Assembly: GCA_031291995.1 (NCBI GenBank) | Contig: JARLHZ010000034.1 | Location: 78,915 to 142,914 of the forward strand | Source of the DNA: Candidatus Doudnabacteria bacterium | GTDB taxonomy: Bacteria; Patescibacteriota; Doudnabacteria; UBA920 | DNA: 64,000 bases | Direction of reading: 5' to 3' | The notes under the pieces: generated by a model | What the model saw: only the letters and a program-made list of their open reading frames with translations | What the model was told of the DNA's origin: nothing | Databases searched by the model: none | Shown: positions 45,394-54,600 of the stretch, piece after piece | How positions within the stretch are numbered: the first letter of the stretch is position 1 | How the letters are laid out: every line of letters begins with the position of its first letter | Position numbers and translations under genes: made by a program

Positions 45394-47637
45394 TTATTTA
45401 ATTGTCATCAAGGCGACCTCGAGCGATTTGGCCTCGGCCGGCCGGGGTTTTTTGACCCCGTGCCAATTTAATAATTCTTTTGCTTCCATTGGTTTGGAAA
45501 TATAAAATCCCTGGGCGAAGTTGCATCCCAAGCTTGCCAAAAAATCAAAATGTTGCAGGGTTTCCACGCCTTCGGCCACGACTTTCAAGTTCAAAATTTG
45601 CGCCATGGCAATAATGGTCTTGGTAATGCTGGTATCCTGCGGGTCGGTTATGCAATGCCTGATGAACGACTTGTCTATTTTAAGGCTGGTGATGGGGAAG
45701 CTTTTTAAATAGCTGAGGGACGAGTAGCCGGTACCAAAATCATCAATTGTAATGCGGATTCCGAGTTTTTTTAACGCGCGCAGATTAAACGCCGTCAGCT
45801 CTAAATTGTTCATGGCCAGGCTCTCGGTAATTTCCAGTTCGAGGATTGCCGGATCCAGCTCGTGCTCAGCCAGAGTTTCGGCAATACCGGAAATGAAATC
45901 CGCTTCGCAAAAACTTTGAGCCGAAACATTCACGGCTATCCGGAATTTTCCCAACCCCAAAGTCTGCCACATTTTGGCGGCCGCGCAGGCTTGTTTGAGA
46001 ATGGCGGTGTCCAGGGTGGAAATTAATCCGGTTTCTTCGGCCAGACCGATAAATTCGGCCGGTGGCAACAACCCGCGTTCGGGATGGTTCCAGCGGGCCA
46101 GCGCCTCCACGGCCACCAGTTTGCCGTTTTTTAAATTGACAATCGGCTGGTAGAAAGGGTTGATTTGATTGTACGCTAAAGCCTCGCGGAGTTCATTTTC
46201 CAAGGAAAAACTTTCAACCTGGGTCCTGCTGTCGAGGTTTTCATCATAAAAACTGAACCGGTTTCGACCGTTATTTTTGGAACGGTAAAGCGCGATGTCG
46301 GCTTTTCGCTTAAGCGTTTCCAAATTTTCGCCGTTACCCGGAAAAGTCGCAATTCCGATGCTAACCGAAGGATACAGTGTGTGCTCGGCAAGCTTCAATG
46401 GCACATTAATGGCCTTTAATATTTTTCCCGCCGCCACGGAAGCGTCCTTGTCCGAATCTATTTCATTAATTAAAATTAAAAATTCATCGCCGCCGAATCT
46501 GGATACTACGTCTTCCGGACGCAGGCAGGACAGGAAGCGGGAGGCGATTACTTTAAGCATGGTATCGCCGACGCTGTGCCCGAGGCGGTCATTAACATTC
46601 TTAAACCGGTCCATATCCAAAAACATCAGCGCCAACTGGCGATTATGGCGCTTGGCTTGTTCGAGAATACGCTCAAAACGCTCGCCGAAATCCTTGCGGT
46701 TGGGTAGTTCGGTTAATGGGTCGCTTAAAGCCTGGCTTTTTATGGTTGCCTCGGCTCGCTTGCTTTCCGTAATATCGTGGACGTTAACGACTATGCTGCC
46801 AATAGCCGGGTTTTCTATCATATTCAGCCAGGTTGATTGCATCCAGCGCCAGCCTCCGTCTTTGTGGCGATAGCGGAATTCAATGGTGTTGGAGTTTCCG
46901 GGCGCTTCAAGAATTTTTTTGATTCCGTCCTGAGCAAGGGGAATATCATCGGGATAAATAAAATTTGCCATATTTGCGCCAACAAGATCCTCGGGAGAGT
47001 ATCCGGAAAATTTTATAATCGGCGGGCTGGCGTAAACTATTTTTCCCTGAGGGGTCACCAGCCCAATGGCATCAAAGCTATTTTCAATTAAAGCCTGAAA
47101 CCTCGCCTGCTGCCGTTCAGCCTCCGTCCGCTGCAGTTTCTCGCTGGCCAACAGCCGGTTAATCGTAATAGCCTGTGCCGTGGCGTTACCCAATGCCACG
47201 CATAAACCGTTTTCTTCTTCCGAAAAATTGTGACTATTTTTATAACAAACAATCAAATTTCCGTAAATATAGCCATTAAAGTAAATCGGGATAATTACGT
47301 AGCTTTTCATAAACAAGCTTACATCATAATCCTCCTCATAATTTTGTCCATTAACATCGTTTATAAATACCGGCTCGAGATTTGTCTGGGCCAATTGGTT
47401 GCCTCCCTGTTTTCGCGGCAATTTTGGTTCATATGGAGTAGCTCCGCTTTTATAGGCCAATTTAAAATCGTCACCTTCTTTTTCCTTCATCCATCCAAAA
47501 CCAAAATCGGCTCCTAAAATGATTATGGCGGCGTCAGTAAATTTTTGGACGATGTCCGATTTATCAAACGCGTTAAAGGATTCCAGAGTTGTCCGGTTTA
47601 GTAATGTTATTTTGTTGGAAATAGTAATGTCAATCAT
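45394..47637 (-). CDS. GAF-PAS-GGDEF-EAL diguanylate cyclase/phosphodiesterase
   Basis: DPLTELPNR, RPED I-site, GGDEF, EAL, ELEITES and DDFGTGYS; ATG 47637 avoids overlap with the upstream ORF. Confidence 0.94.
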   Translation of the reverse strand: MIDITISNKITLLNRTTLESFNAFDKSDIVQKFTDAAIIILGADFGFGWMKEKEGDDFKLAYKSGATPYEPKLPRKQGGNQLAQTNLEPVFINDVNGQNYEEDYDVSLFMKSYVIIPIYFNGYIYGNLIVCYKNSHNFSEEENGLCVALGNATAQAITINRLLASEKLQRTEAERQQARFQALIENSFDAIGLVTPQGKIVYASPPIIKFSGYSPEDLVGANMANFIYPDDIPLAQDGIKKILEAPGNSNTIEFRYRHKDGGWRWMQSTWLNMIENPAIGSIVVNVHDITESKRAEATIKSQALSDPLTELPNRKDFGERFERILEQAKRHNRQLALMFLDMDRFKNVNDRLGHSVGDTMLKVIASRFLSCLRPEDVVSRFGGDEFLILINEIDSDKDASVAAGKILKAINVPLKLAEHTLYPSVSIGIATFPGNGENLETLKRKADIALYRSKNNGRNRFSFYDENLDSRTQVESFSLENELREALAYNQINPFYQPIVNLKNGKLVAVEALARWNHPERGLLPPAEFIGLAEETGLISTLDTAILKQACAAAKMWQTLGLGKFRIAVNVSAQSFCEADFISGIAETLAEHELDPAILELEITESLAMNNLELTAFNLRALKKLGIRITIDDFGTGYSSLSYLKSFPITSLKIDKSFIRHCITDPQDTSITKTIIAMAQILNLKVVAEGVETLQHFDFLASLGCNFAQGFYISKPMEAKELLNWHGVKKPRPAEAKSLEVALMTIK

Positions 47638-47695
47638 TATATGGGAGCGGGGATTATATAGTGAACAAATACCTTTTCTATATAATCCCCCCAAG

Positions 47696-48493
47696 TTAAA
47701 CTTGAGCGACGAAAGTCCAAGAGCTATATACCTGATGGTAAAAACTTGCCTGGTGCATATCGATAGCCTCAATGTGATAGCCAAGTCCGGCTTCAAGCGG
47801 TGCCTTCAGGTCGACCAGTGCATACGGGGTTGTGTCACCCCATTGTACTTTGTCGAAGGATATGTTTTGCCAGACCCGCGGTTTGTCGTTGTCCCTACGG
47901 AATGGATGGACAACAACCATTCGAAAATTTTGGGGTTTGTTGCGGTACTGGCTGGCCACATGGTGGGCAAGCTTCTCCATAGTATCCGGCAGAAGAATCT
48001 GCCAGAATTCCGCGGTGTCTAAGAGCACGTCGGTGTCAGGGTTCAGTGCGACCTCCGCGAGGTCGGCCGTAATAATCCTGCGCGTTGTTCCGGCAAGCTT
48101 GGGTAACTGTTGGAAAAATTTCGTACCCAATTTGCGGCTAACCGAGCTTTTGTCCACAGTTGTGATATTCGCTCCATGGCTTGCCGCATGGTGGTAGACT
48201 TTCGCGTCTCTTGAATATAGGCCCGGACCGACCATAACGACCGTGTTGCCCAGCAACTTGTCGGCGTCTTCCAACCGTCTCATCTCGCTAATTGCCTGAC
48301 GTTCGTTCAGGCCGCCAATTATTCCAGATTGTGCGACATAATTGCGAACCGTATTTAAACGTGTGCCAACGATGTCAATTGGAAGCAACGGCCTGTCCGC
48401 CGAAAGCTTGGCATCCCAGTATTCCGGACTTTGATGATCCGGATATGCCGAGAAATCGCCGCGAGGGTCCAAACGGATGCTCTGCCCGCTCAT
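47696..48493 (-). CDS. Hypothetical protein, possible class I SAM-methyltransferase-like fold
   Basis: SD AAGGAGG; VVMVGPG, ITTVD.S and ITAD segments. Confidence 0.6.
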   Translation of the reverse strand: MSGQSIRLDPRGDFSAYPDHQSPEYWDAKLSADRPLLPIDIVGTRLNTVRNYVAQSGIIGGLNERQAISEMRRLEDADKLLGNTVVMVGPGLYSRDAKVYHHAASHGANITTVDKSSVSRKLGTKFFQQLPKLAGTTRRIITADLAEVALNPDTDVLLDTAEFWQILLPDTMEKLAHHVASQYRNKPQNFRMVVVHPFRRDNDKPRVWQNISFDKVQWGDTTPYALVDLKAPLEAGLGYHIEAIDMHQASFYHQVYSSWTFVAQV

Positions 48494-48596
48494 TTTAAGT
48501 TATCCTCCTTAAAGGTAATTATACCATAGGGAAATAATTCAAAATCTCGGTGGTTAAAATTAGCAAAGAACAAAGCTTAAAAGATTATCCCCCGTT

Positions 48597-48833
48597 TTAA
48601 TCCTGAGGAAATACGCGAAGGAACCTACCGACATAAATAACTACTGCTGAGCCGAACATAATTAATAACCAAGATAAAGCACTGAAGGAAATGGTGACAT
48701 TATTTATCAACGTCTCAAAAGTGAACGCTCCTAAGGCGCCAATTAAAATATCCCACTTTTTATTGTATCTTTGGGACTTGGATACCAAAAGCCCTGTGGC
48801 GATGCCCAAAAAAGATAATATGATAATGTTCAT
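48597..48833 (-). CDS. GlsB/YeaQ/YmgE-like small membrane protein
   Basis: G...G.L, DILIG.LGAF and GS.V.I pattern; 78 aa. Confidence 0.65.
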   Translation of the reverse strand: MNIIILSFLGIATGLLVSKSQRYNKKWDILIGALGAFTFETLINNVTISFSALSWLLIMFGSAVVIYVGRFLRVFPQD

Positions 48834-48933
48834 AAACCGCCTTGTCCTATTATAATATAATTTTAAATCGGTATAAATTCCGCCACCCCTCCAGAACCCT
48901 CCTATGGCGGAATTTAAACCTATATGCAAGGAC

Positions 48934-49044
48934 TTACTCATTATTATCGTCTTTATCGCCGTCCCGGCCGGGTTTGTTTCCCGGGTCCTGGCTGCCCTGC
49001 GTGCCGGTTTTGTCATCGTCTGCCATATTGATAATGTTATCCAT
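48934..49044 (-). CDS. 36-aa acidic peptide downstream of riboswitch copy 2
   Basis: SD GAAGGTGA, MDNIINMADDDKTGTQGSQDPGNKPGRDGDKDDNNE*, then hairpin AAATTCCGCCA/TGGCGGAATTT. Confidence 0.55.
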   Translation of the reverse strand: MDNIINMADDDKTGTQGSQDPGNKPGRDGDKDDNNE

Positions 49045-49148
49045 ATTTTTCACCTTCTTTCGGTCAGGCGGTTAATTTTGCTTTTAAACCCGTTTTGCCG
49101 CCACGCCTATTGCCCGATGTTAAGGCGAAACGGAAAAGTGCTAAAAAC

Positions 49149-49270
49149 AAAAAAACCGGCCCAAAAATTGTCCGGTTTCGCCATTGGCCCCGTCCGCCCA
49201 TATATGGCGGACAAGCTGTAATTATAAGGCGACCAAATGATAAATTACAGGTTGCGGGCTTACTACTATT
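49149..49270 (-). ncRNA. c-di-GMP-II-like riboswitch, copy 2, with overlapping terminator
   Basis: Same core as copy 1 with a compensatory stem CTGTAATT/AATTACAG; promoter TTGACA(49316-49321)-17 nt-TAATAT upstream. Confidence 0.7.
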
Positions 49271-49416
49271 AAATTTTTAAAGCACTATTGATATATTATT
49301 AAATAAAAAATTTATTGTCAATAATTTTTATACGACTTATCCACAAAATTTCACCTATGGGTAATTTAACCTTCAAACTGCCGTTAAATTTGAGCATAAA
49401 AAACTTGTTTCTTTAA

Positions 49417-49608
49417 TCGACACAATTCTTCGGAGCCCTGCTCCGGGGTTGGAAATTGTGTCGTCCCGGAATTTTTCAGGGCTGTGAAAAATATCCGGGA
49501 TCCGGTCAGGGCAGCATTGTGGATCCTGGCTCTGAGATGCATTCGGCCGGGATGACACGCTTGGAATTTGCGATTGATACCTCGCAGCTCTGCTACGGGG
49601 CAGTTCAT
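49417..49608 (+). mobile_element. IS200/IS605-type miniature element (PATE-like), copy C, with a nested 101-bp REP
   Basis: TTTAA|...AATT-CTTCGGAGC/GCTCCGGGG...GATA-CCTCGCAGC/GCTACGGGG-CAGTTCAT|; GTGTCGTCCCGG...CCGGGATGACAC at 49458-49558. Confidence 0.72.
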
Positions 49609-49672
49609 TATTTTACAAAATCCGTCCGGGTTTAACCGGGCGGATTTTGCTTAAATTCAGTTGCCACATTCA

Positions 49673-51388
49673 TTAATGGTTCCAACCAAAATTAAACATA
49701 TTCTTTATTCCTTTGCTTAAGTCGGGCATGGTCAGAAAATTTATATGGTAATAGCCGTTGTCATCCCCGTCCTTGTCATTGTCGCCATTTTTGGTGCCAT
49801 TTTTTAAGACATTAATGGCCGCGCAATAATATGTGGTGCCCGCCACCAGCGGACCCGTGACCGCGTCATAATTGTCATAATTTAAACCGTCCGTATTACA
49901 GAACAGTTCCGCGGATCGCGTATTGGGGTGCGGGGCGGTGCCGTCGGCGTCGGTAAAGTGTATGTAGCCTTTTTGCAGATTTTCCCTCACCCACAGCAGG
50001 CTCGGCAGGCTCGATGTGCCTAAAGTCAGCGTCGCCGGGGTGGATGATGTCCCGCCGGTACCGGTGTCAAAATTTTTCCAGGCGCCGCCGGCCGGTCCGA
50101 TGAAGTTGCCGCCTCGGGGTTTAACATTCGGTCCGCCGTACTGGAAATTCCAGTTATTGGCGTATGAACAATCACCGTGCGAGTTGGCCACAAAATTGGC
50201 AATAACCGCCGGAGTCATTTGGCTGGGTCTCGAGCTGTTGTTGGCAGTACCCCAATCGGGCAGATCCGAGACATTTTTGCAGATAACTTTATACGCCGCG
50301 ACCGTCACATTTTGCGGTGGTGGCGGAGCCATTACATTGTAGGCGATGCAATAAGCGTTCGTTGGCGCACCGCCGGAAAAATTGATATTTTCCAGGTTGT
50401 CGCCGTTGTTGGCGTCGTTATAACAGCGCAGGGCGCCGAACGCCGCGTTTCCGGATTGAGGAACTTCACTGACCCATAAGCCGCCGCCGCTTAAAGCGGC
50501 TTGCTGGTTTGAAGTTAGAGATCCCGAGGTAACGTCAACCTCGCCGTTACTGCCGGTTGAGGCGGTGGTCGTTACGTCCTGCGTCTGGGTCTGATCGGTG
50601 GAAATTTTAAATTGCCACCCTGAAGCTGGAGCGCAACCGGCGGGTATTTCCGCGGTTGAAACCGGCTTGGCTACATATGGATTCGGGAAATGGGGCGTTG
50701 ATGACGCGTTGTAATTGCTGAACTTCGTAAATTTGCCGCCGGTGGCGTCAAGATTGTCAGCCGTGGCATTGCCTGCAATATCGTCGTAAGACGGGCAAAT
50801 GACTTTAACAAAATGCAGCGTCGTGTCGCCCGGTGGGGGATTGACATTGCCGCAACTTGTGTTCCAAACCACCACGTATTCATCGGAAGACAAATTGGTG
50901 AAGTTTGGCATAGTCATGCTGGGCGTAGCCGCGGCTGCCGCCGCCAGGCTGTCGCCCCAGCTGTAACCCGCAAGCACATAAGGCAGGTTGGAGGCGCAAG
51001 TCGGCCCCACCGCGCCGTACATATTTTCGTAGGTATTGTAACTGTTGGTGTCCGATGGTATTGTTTCCACAATCTGGTAGGGATTGGAAGTGTTAACGCC
51101 AACCGGCCCCAATAAATAATCGCCTTCGCCGCCCGTGTATTTTACGTGCATAGAAAAGGTCGCGCTGTTGGTATTTTGCGCCGTGGCCGGCTGGCCGTCG
51201 ACGTACTTAACCAAGGTTACATTAACTGTTGCCGGCGCGGCTAGCGTAAACGCGGCCGGGGTTAGGGCACCGGCCAGGCTGCCGAGGCTGAGAACCGCCG
51301 CGGACAACCCGGACAAAATTTTCTTCCCGCCTTTTAAAGCAGGCCTGCCGAGCGGGGATCCCGCTGAGCGGGACGTAATATTGCTCAT
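49673..51388 (-). CDS. Secreted/surface protein with three Cna-B-like beta domains
   Basis: Signal peptide, Pro linkers, two similar domains KVIC...C...W.F...LWV.E...C..D..N.DN...YC.A.NV. Confidence 0.75.
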   Translation of the reverse strand: MSNITSRSAGSPLGRPALKGGKKILSGLSAAVLSLGSLAGALTPAAFTLAAPATVNVTLVKYVDGQPATAQNTNSATFSMHVKYTGGEGDYLLGPVGVNTSNPYQIVETIPSDTNSYNTYENMYGAVGPTCASNLPYVLAGYSWGDSLAAAAAATPSMTMPNFTNLSSDEYVVVWNTSCGNVNPPPGDTTLHFVKVICPSYDDIAGNATADNLDATGGKFTKFSNYNASSTPHFPNPYVAKPVSTAEIPAGCAPASGWQFKISTDQTQTQDVTTTASTGSNGEVDVTSGSLTSNQQAALSGGGLWVSEVPQSGNAAFGALRCYNDANNGDNLENINFSGGAPTNAYCIAYNVMAPPPPQNVTVAAYKVICKNVSDLPDWGTANNSSRPSQMTPAVIANFVANSHGDCSYANNWNFQYGGPNVKPRGGNFIGPAGGAWKNFDTGTGGTSSTPATLTLGTSSLPSLLWVRENLQKGYIHFTDADGTAPHPNTRSAELFCNTDGLNYDNYDAVTGPLVAGTTYYCAAINVLKNGTKNGDNDKDGDDNGYYHINFLTMPDLSKGIKNMFNFGWNH

Positions 51389-51692
51389 ATCTCTCCTTTC
51401 ATTTTTTAATTAGATGTTAATTAATTTTTTAATTAATCGACCATACAAGAATAACGGTAAAATAAAATTTTTGTTTTAGTCGAAACTAACGCTTTGCCAC
51501 CTGGGGTGGTCCATAAAAATTGAAAGCGGTTTTTAAAAATAAAGGATTATTTTTTAATTTCGCCCCATCCAAGGAAAATTTTTTGTTCGGGGAAACAGAC
51601 GCGACACCTTAAGCGATAGCTTAATTGCAAAACTTTGGCGGGGTCATATAAGTTTTGCCAATTCTCTCGGCTTTAATCGCGCCTCATATCCA

Positions 51693-54600
51693 ATGATGAA
51701 TTTTTTTCGTAATAAAAAATCCACTGCCGCAGACGGCTTTCAGGCCGCGAACTTAAGGCTCCCATTACATAAGACCGCGAAAACCACCCTGGATTCCAAC
51801 CAAAAAATTTGGATTTTGGTATTTGCGGCTGTTTTCGGGCTGTCCGTCAGTTTTAACTGGCGCTTGACCTTACTTAGCGTCATTGCCCTGCTGATGATTC
51901 TGTATTTTATCGACCTGATATTTAATTTATTTTTAATTTTCAGGAGTTTTTCCTACAGGCCGGAAATAGTTTCGGATTCGACCGAGTTAAATAATTTAGA
52001 TGATGCCGCGTTGCCGGTTTACACGGTGTTCTGTCCGCTTTATCGCGAATCGGCCGTTCTGCCGCAGTTTATTCGGGCCATGGGCTCCCTGGATTATCCG
52101 AAAGACAAGCTCCAGATTTTGCTGTTGCTTGAAGAAGACGACCGGCCGACTATTCGGGCGGCTCGCGCGGCGTCTTTACCGCCGTATTTTGAAATTGCCG
52201 TAGTTCCTCATTCATTGCCCAAAACCAAGCCCAAAGCCATGAACCACGGCCTCGGGCTAGCCAAAGGAGAATACATTACGATTTATGACGCGGAGGATGT
52301 ACCCGATCCCCGGCAGTTAAAAAAAGCCTATTTGGCATTCCACACTCTCGGGCCAAAAGTCGTCTGTGTCCAAAGCAAATTGAATTTTTACAATCCTTCC
52401 CAGAATTTCGTCACGCGCCTGTTTACCGCCGAATACTCATTATGGTTCGACCTTGTTTTGCCGGGATTGCAGTCTTTGGGCGCGCCCATTCCGCTGGGCG
52501 GGACCTCCAATCATTTTCGCACCGCCGATTTAATCAGGCTGAAAGGCTGGGATCCGTTTAATGTGACCGAAGATTGTGATCTCGGCGTCCGTTTGGCCAA
52601 ACACGGCTACCGCACCGCCATTATAGATTCCACCACGTATGAGGAGGCTAATTCACATTTGAAAAATTGGTATAGCCAAAGATCCCGCTGGATAAAAGGG
52701 TATATGCAGACGTATTTGGTGCATATGCGATCGCCCAAGGAAATGTGGAAAGACTGGCGGGAGCCGCACCTGCTGACTTTCCAGCTGGTTGTCGGGGGAA
52801 AAATTTTATCCATGTTCATTAATCCTCTTCTGTGGCTGGTAACGATTATATATTTTTTGTTCCGTTCCAGTGCCGCCCCGTATATTGAGCCATTTTTCCC
52901 CGGCTGGATTTTGTACCTTGGAGTGTTCTCGCTGGTCTTCGGAAATTTTTTATATTTGTATTATTATATGATCGGCCTGGCCAAACGGCAGTATGACGGC
53001 ATGATCAAATACGCCTTTGCCGTACCGTTTTACTGGCTGGCGATGAGCCTGGCGGCTTGGCAAGCCTTTTACGAAATAATTTTTAAACCGCATTATTGGG
53101 CGAAAACCGTCCACGGCCTGCATCTGGATAAAAAGGCTTTTGAACGGGAGCGCTCGCCGGAGCCGGCGGCCGAGATTGCCGGCGGGCCGGATATTATTAC
53201 CGTGGCGCCGGCCAATGTCCAAACTCCGTCCGTGGCCGCGGGCATCGCGCAAAACTTTGCCGTCAGCGCCGTGTCCCAGGCCAGCTTCAGCCTGCTTGAC
53301 CGGTCGCGCACTATATTCCGCACGCCTAAAAAGTTTTTGCGCGCCTCATTCCTGGTTTCCAAAAATAAAGTCATGCCGCTGCTATCCACCGGCTTGGGGG
53401 CGGGAACCGTGCTCGCCGCGGCCATGATGACGGCGAATTTTTTTAACTTTTTCTATAACGCGTATTTGGGCAGGGTGTTAAGTTATGAAACTTTCGGCAT
53501 TGTAATTTTATTCAACACCTTTCTGTCTTTTTTGACCGTATTCGTCGGCGCGCTTTCCACCACGGTCACGCATCGGGCCGCCTATTTAAAATCCAGGTTC
53601 GGCGGGTCGGCGGCCGAGGAATTTATGGAGCTGATGCGCAGGAAAAGCTTATGGGCGGCGCTTGCCGCCTGCGGCATCTGGTTGGTTTCTGTTCCCATGC
53701 TTGAAAGCTACTTTAACCTGCCACATTTTTTGCCGTTTATCCTGTTTGCCCCGGTTATTGCTTTAAGCGTCGTCGCTTACAATGAGCGGGCATTTTTGCA
53801 GGGCGGCCTCTTTTTTAAGCTGGTCGGCGCGGCAATTTTGGCGGAATCGGGCGCAAAACTTTTTTCCGCGTTTTTGTTAGCCGGGGTTTTCCATCTTCCT
53901 GACTGGGTTTATTTATCCATTCCGATTTCCCTCGGCGCGTCGGCACTTTGCGCCTGGTTATTGGTTAAGAGAGTCAGCGTAAAAAATTTGGCGGCCGGAC
54001 GAAATTTTGTCCGGGAAAAAGAAGTGGCCGGGGAAGGATTCCCCGCGAAATTCTTTTTGGCTTCGCTTCTGGCGGGCCTGTCGACTTCGGTATTCCTGAA
54101 CTTTGACGTATTTCTTACCAAACACTATTTTCCCGCGGCACTAGCCGGGGAGTATTCGCTGCTGTCGCTGATCGGCAAGATGATTTATTTTCTCGGCTCG
54201 CTGTTAATTTCCTTTATAGTCGCCCTTGTCAGCTCCAATGAAGGCCAAAATGCCAGTTCGCAAAAGACTTTTTACAGGATATTTGCCGCAACCGCGGCCC
54301 TGGTCTTTGCGTCGGTTATTGCGCTGGGGCCGCTTGGCGGCATTGTCGTGCCGCTGCTGTTTGGTGCCAAGGCGGTGCCTATTCTGCCATTTTTGACCGA
54401 TTATATGCTGGCCATGGCTCTATTCACCCTTTCCACTGCCATACTGATGTACCACTTGGCCCGCAGACAATACGTATTTTCGGGGGCCGCGCTTTTGTGC
54501 GCGGCGGTCATGTGCGCGGGAATAATATTGCGGCATGGCGGAATTTTGCAGGTCACGCATGTTATGTTGCTGGCCGGCGCCCTGAGCCTCGCGGTTTTGG

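Noticed and set aside
48597-49016. 139-aa ORF starting at 49016
   Set aside because: The N-terminal part crosses a hairpin and overlaps the SD-led peptide in another frame; 48833 is the better start.
51597-51608. AGACGCGACACC shared with the cls upstream region, and scattered GTGACA motifs, as regulator sites
   Set aside because: Too few and too inconsistent to define a motif by eye.
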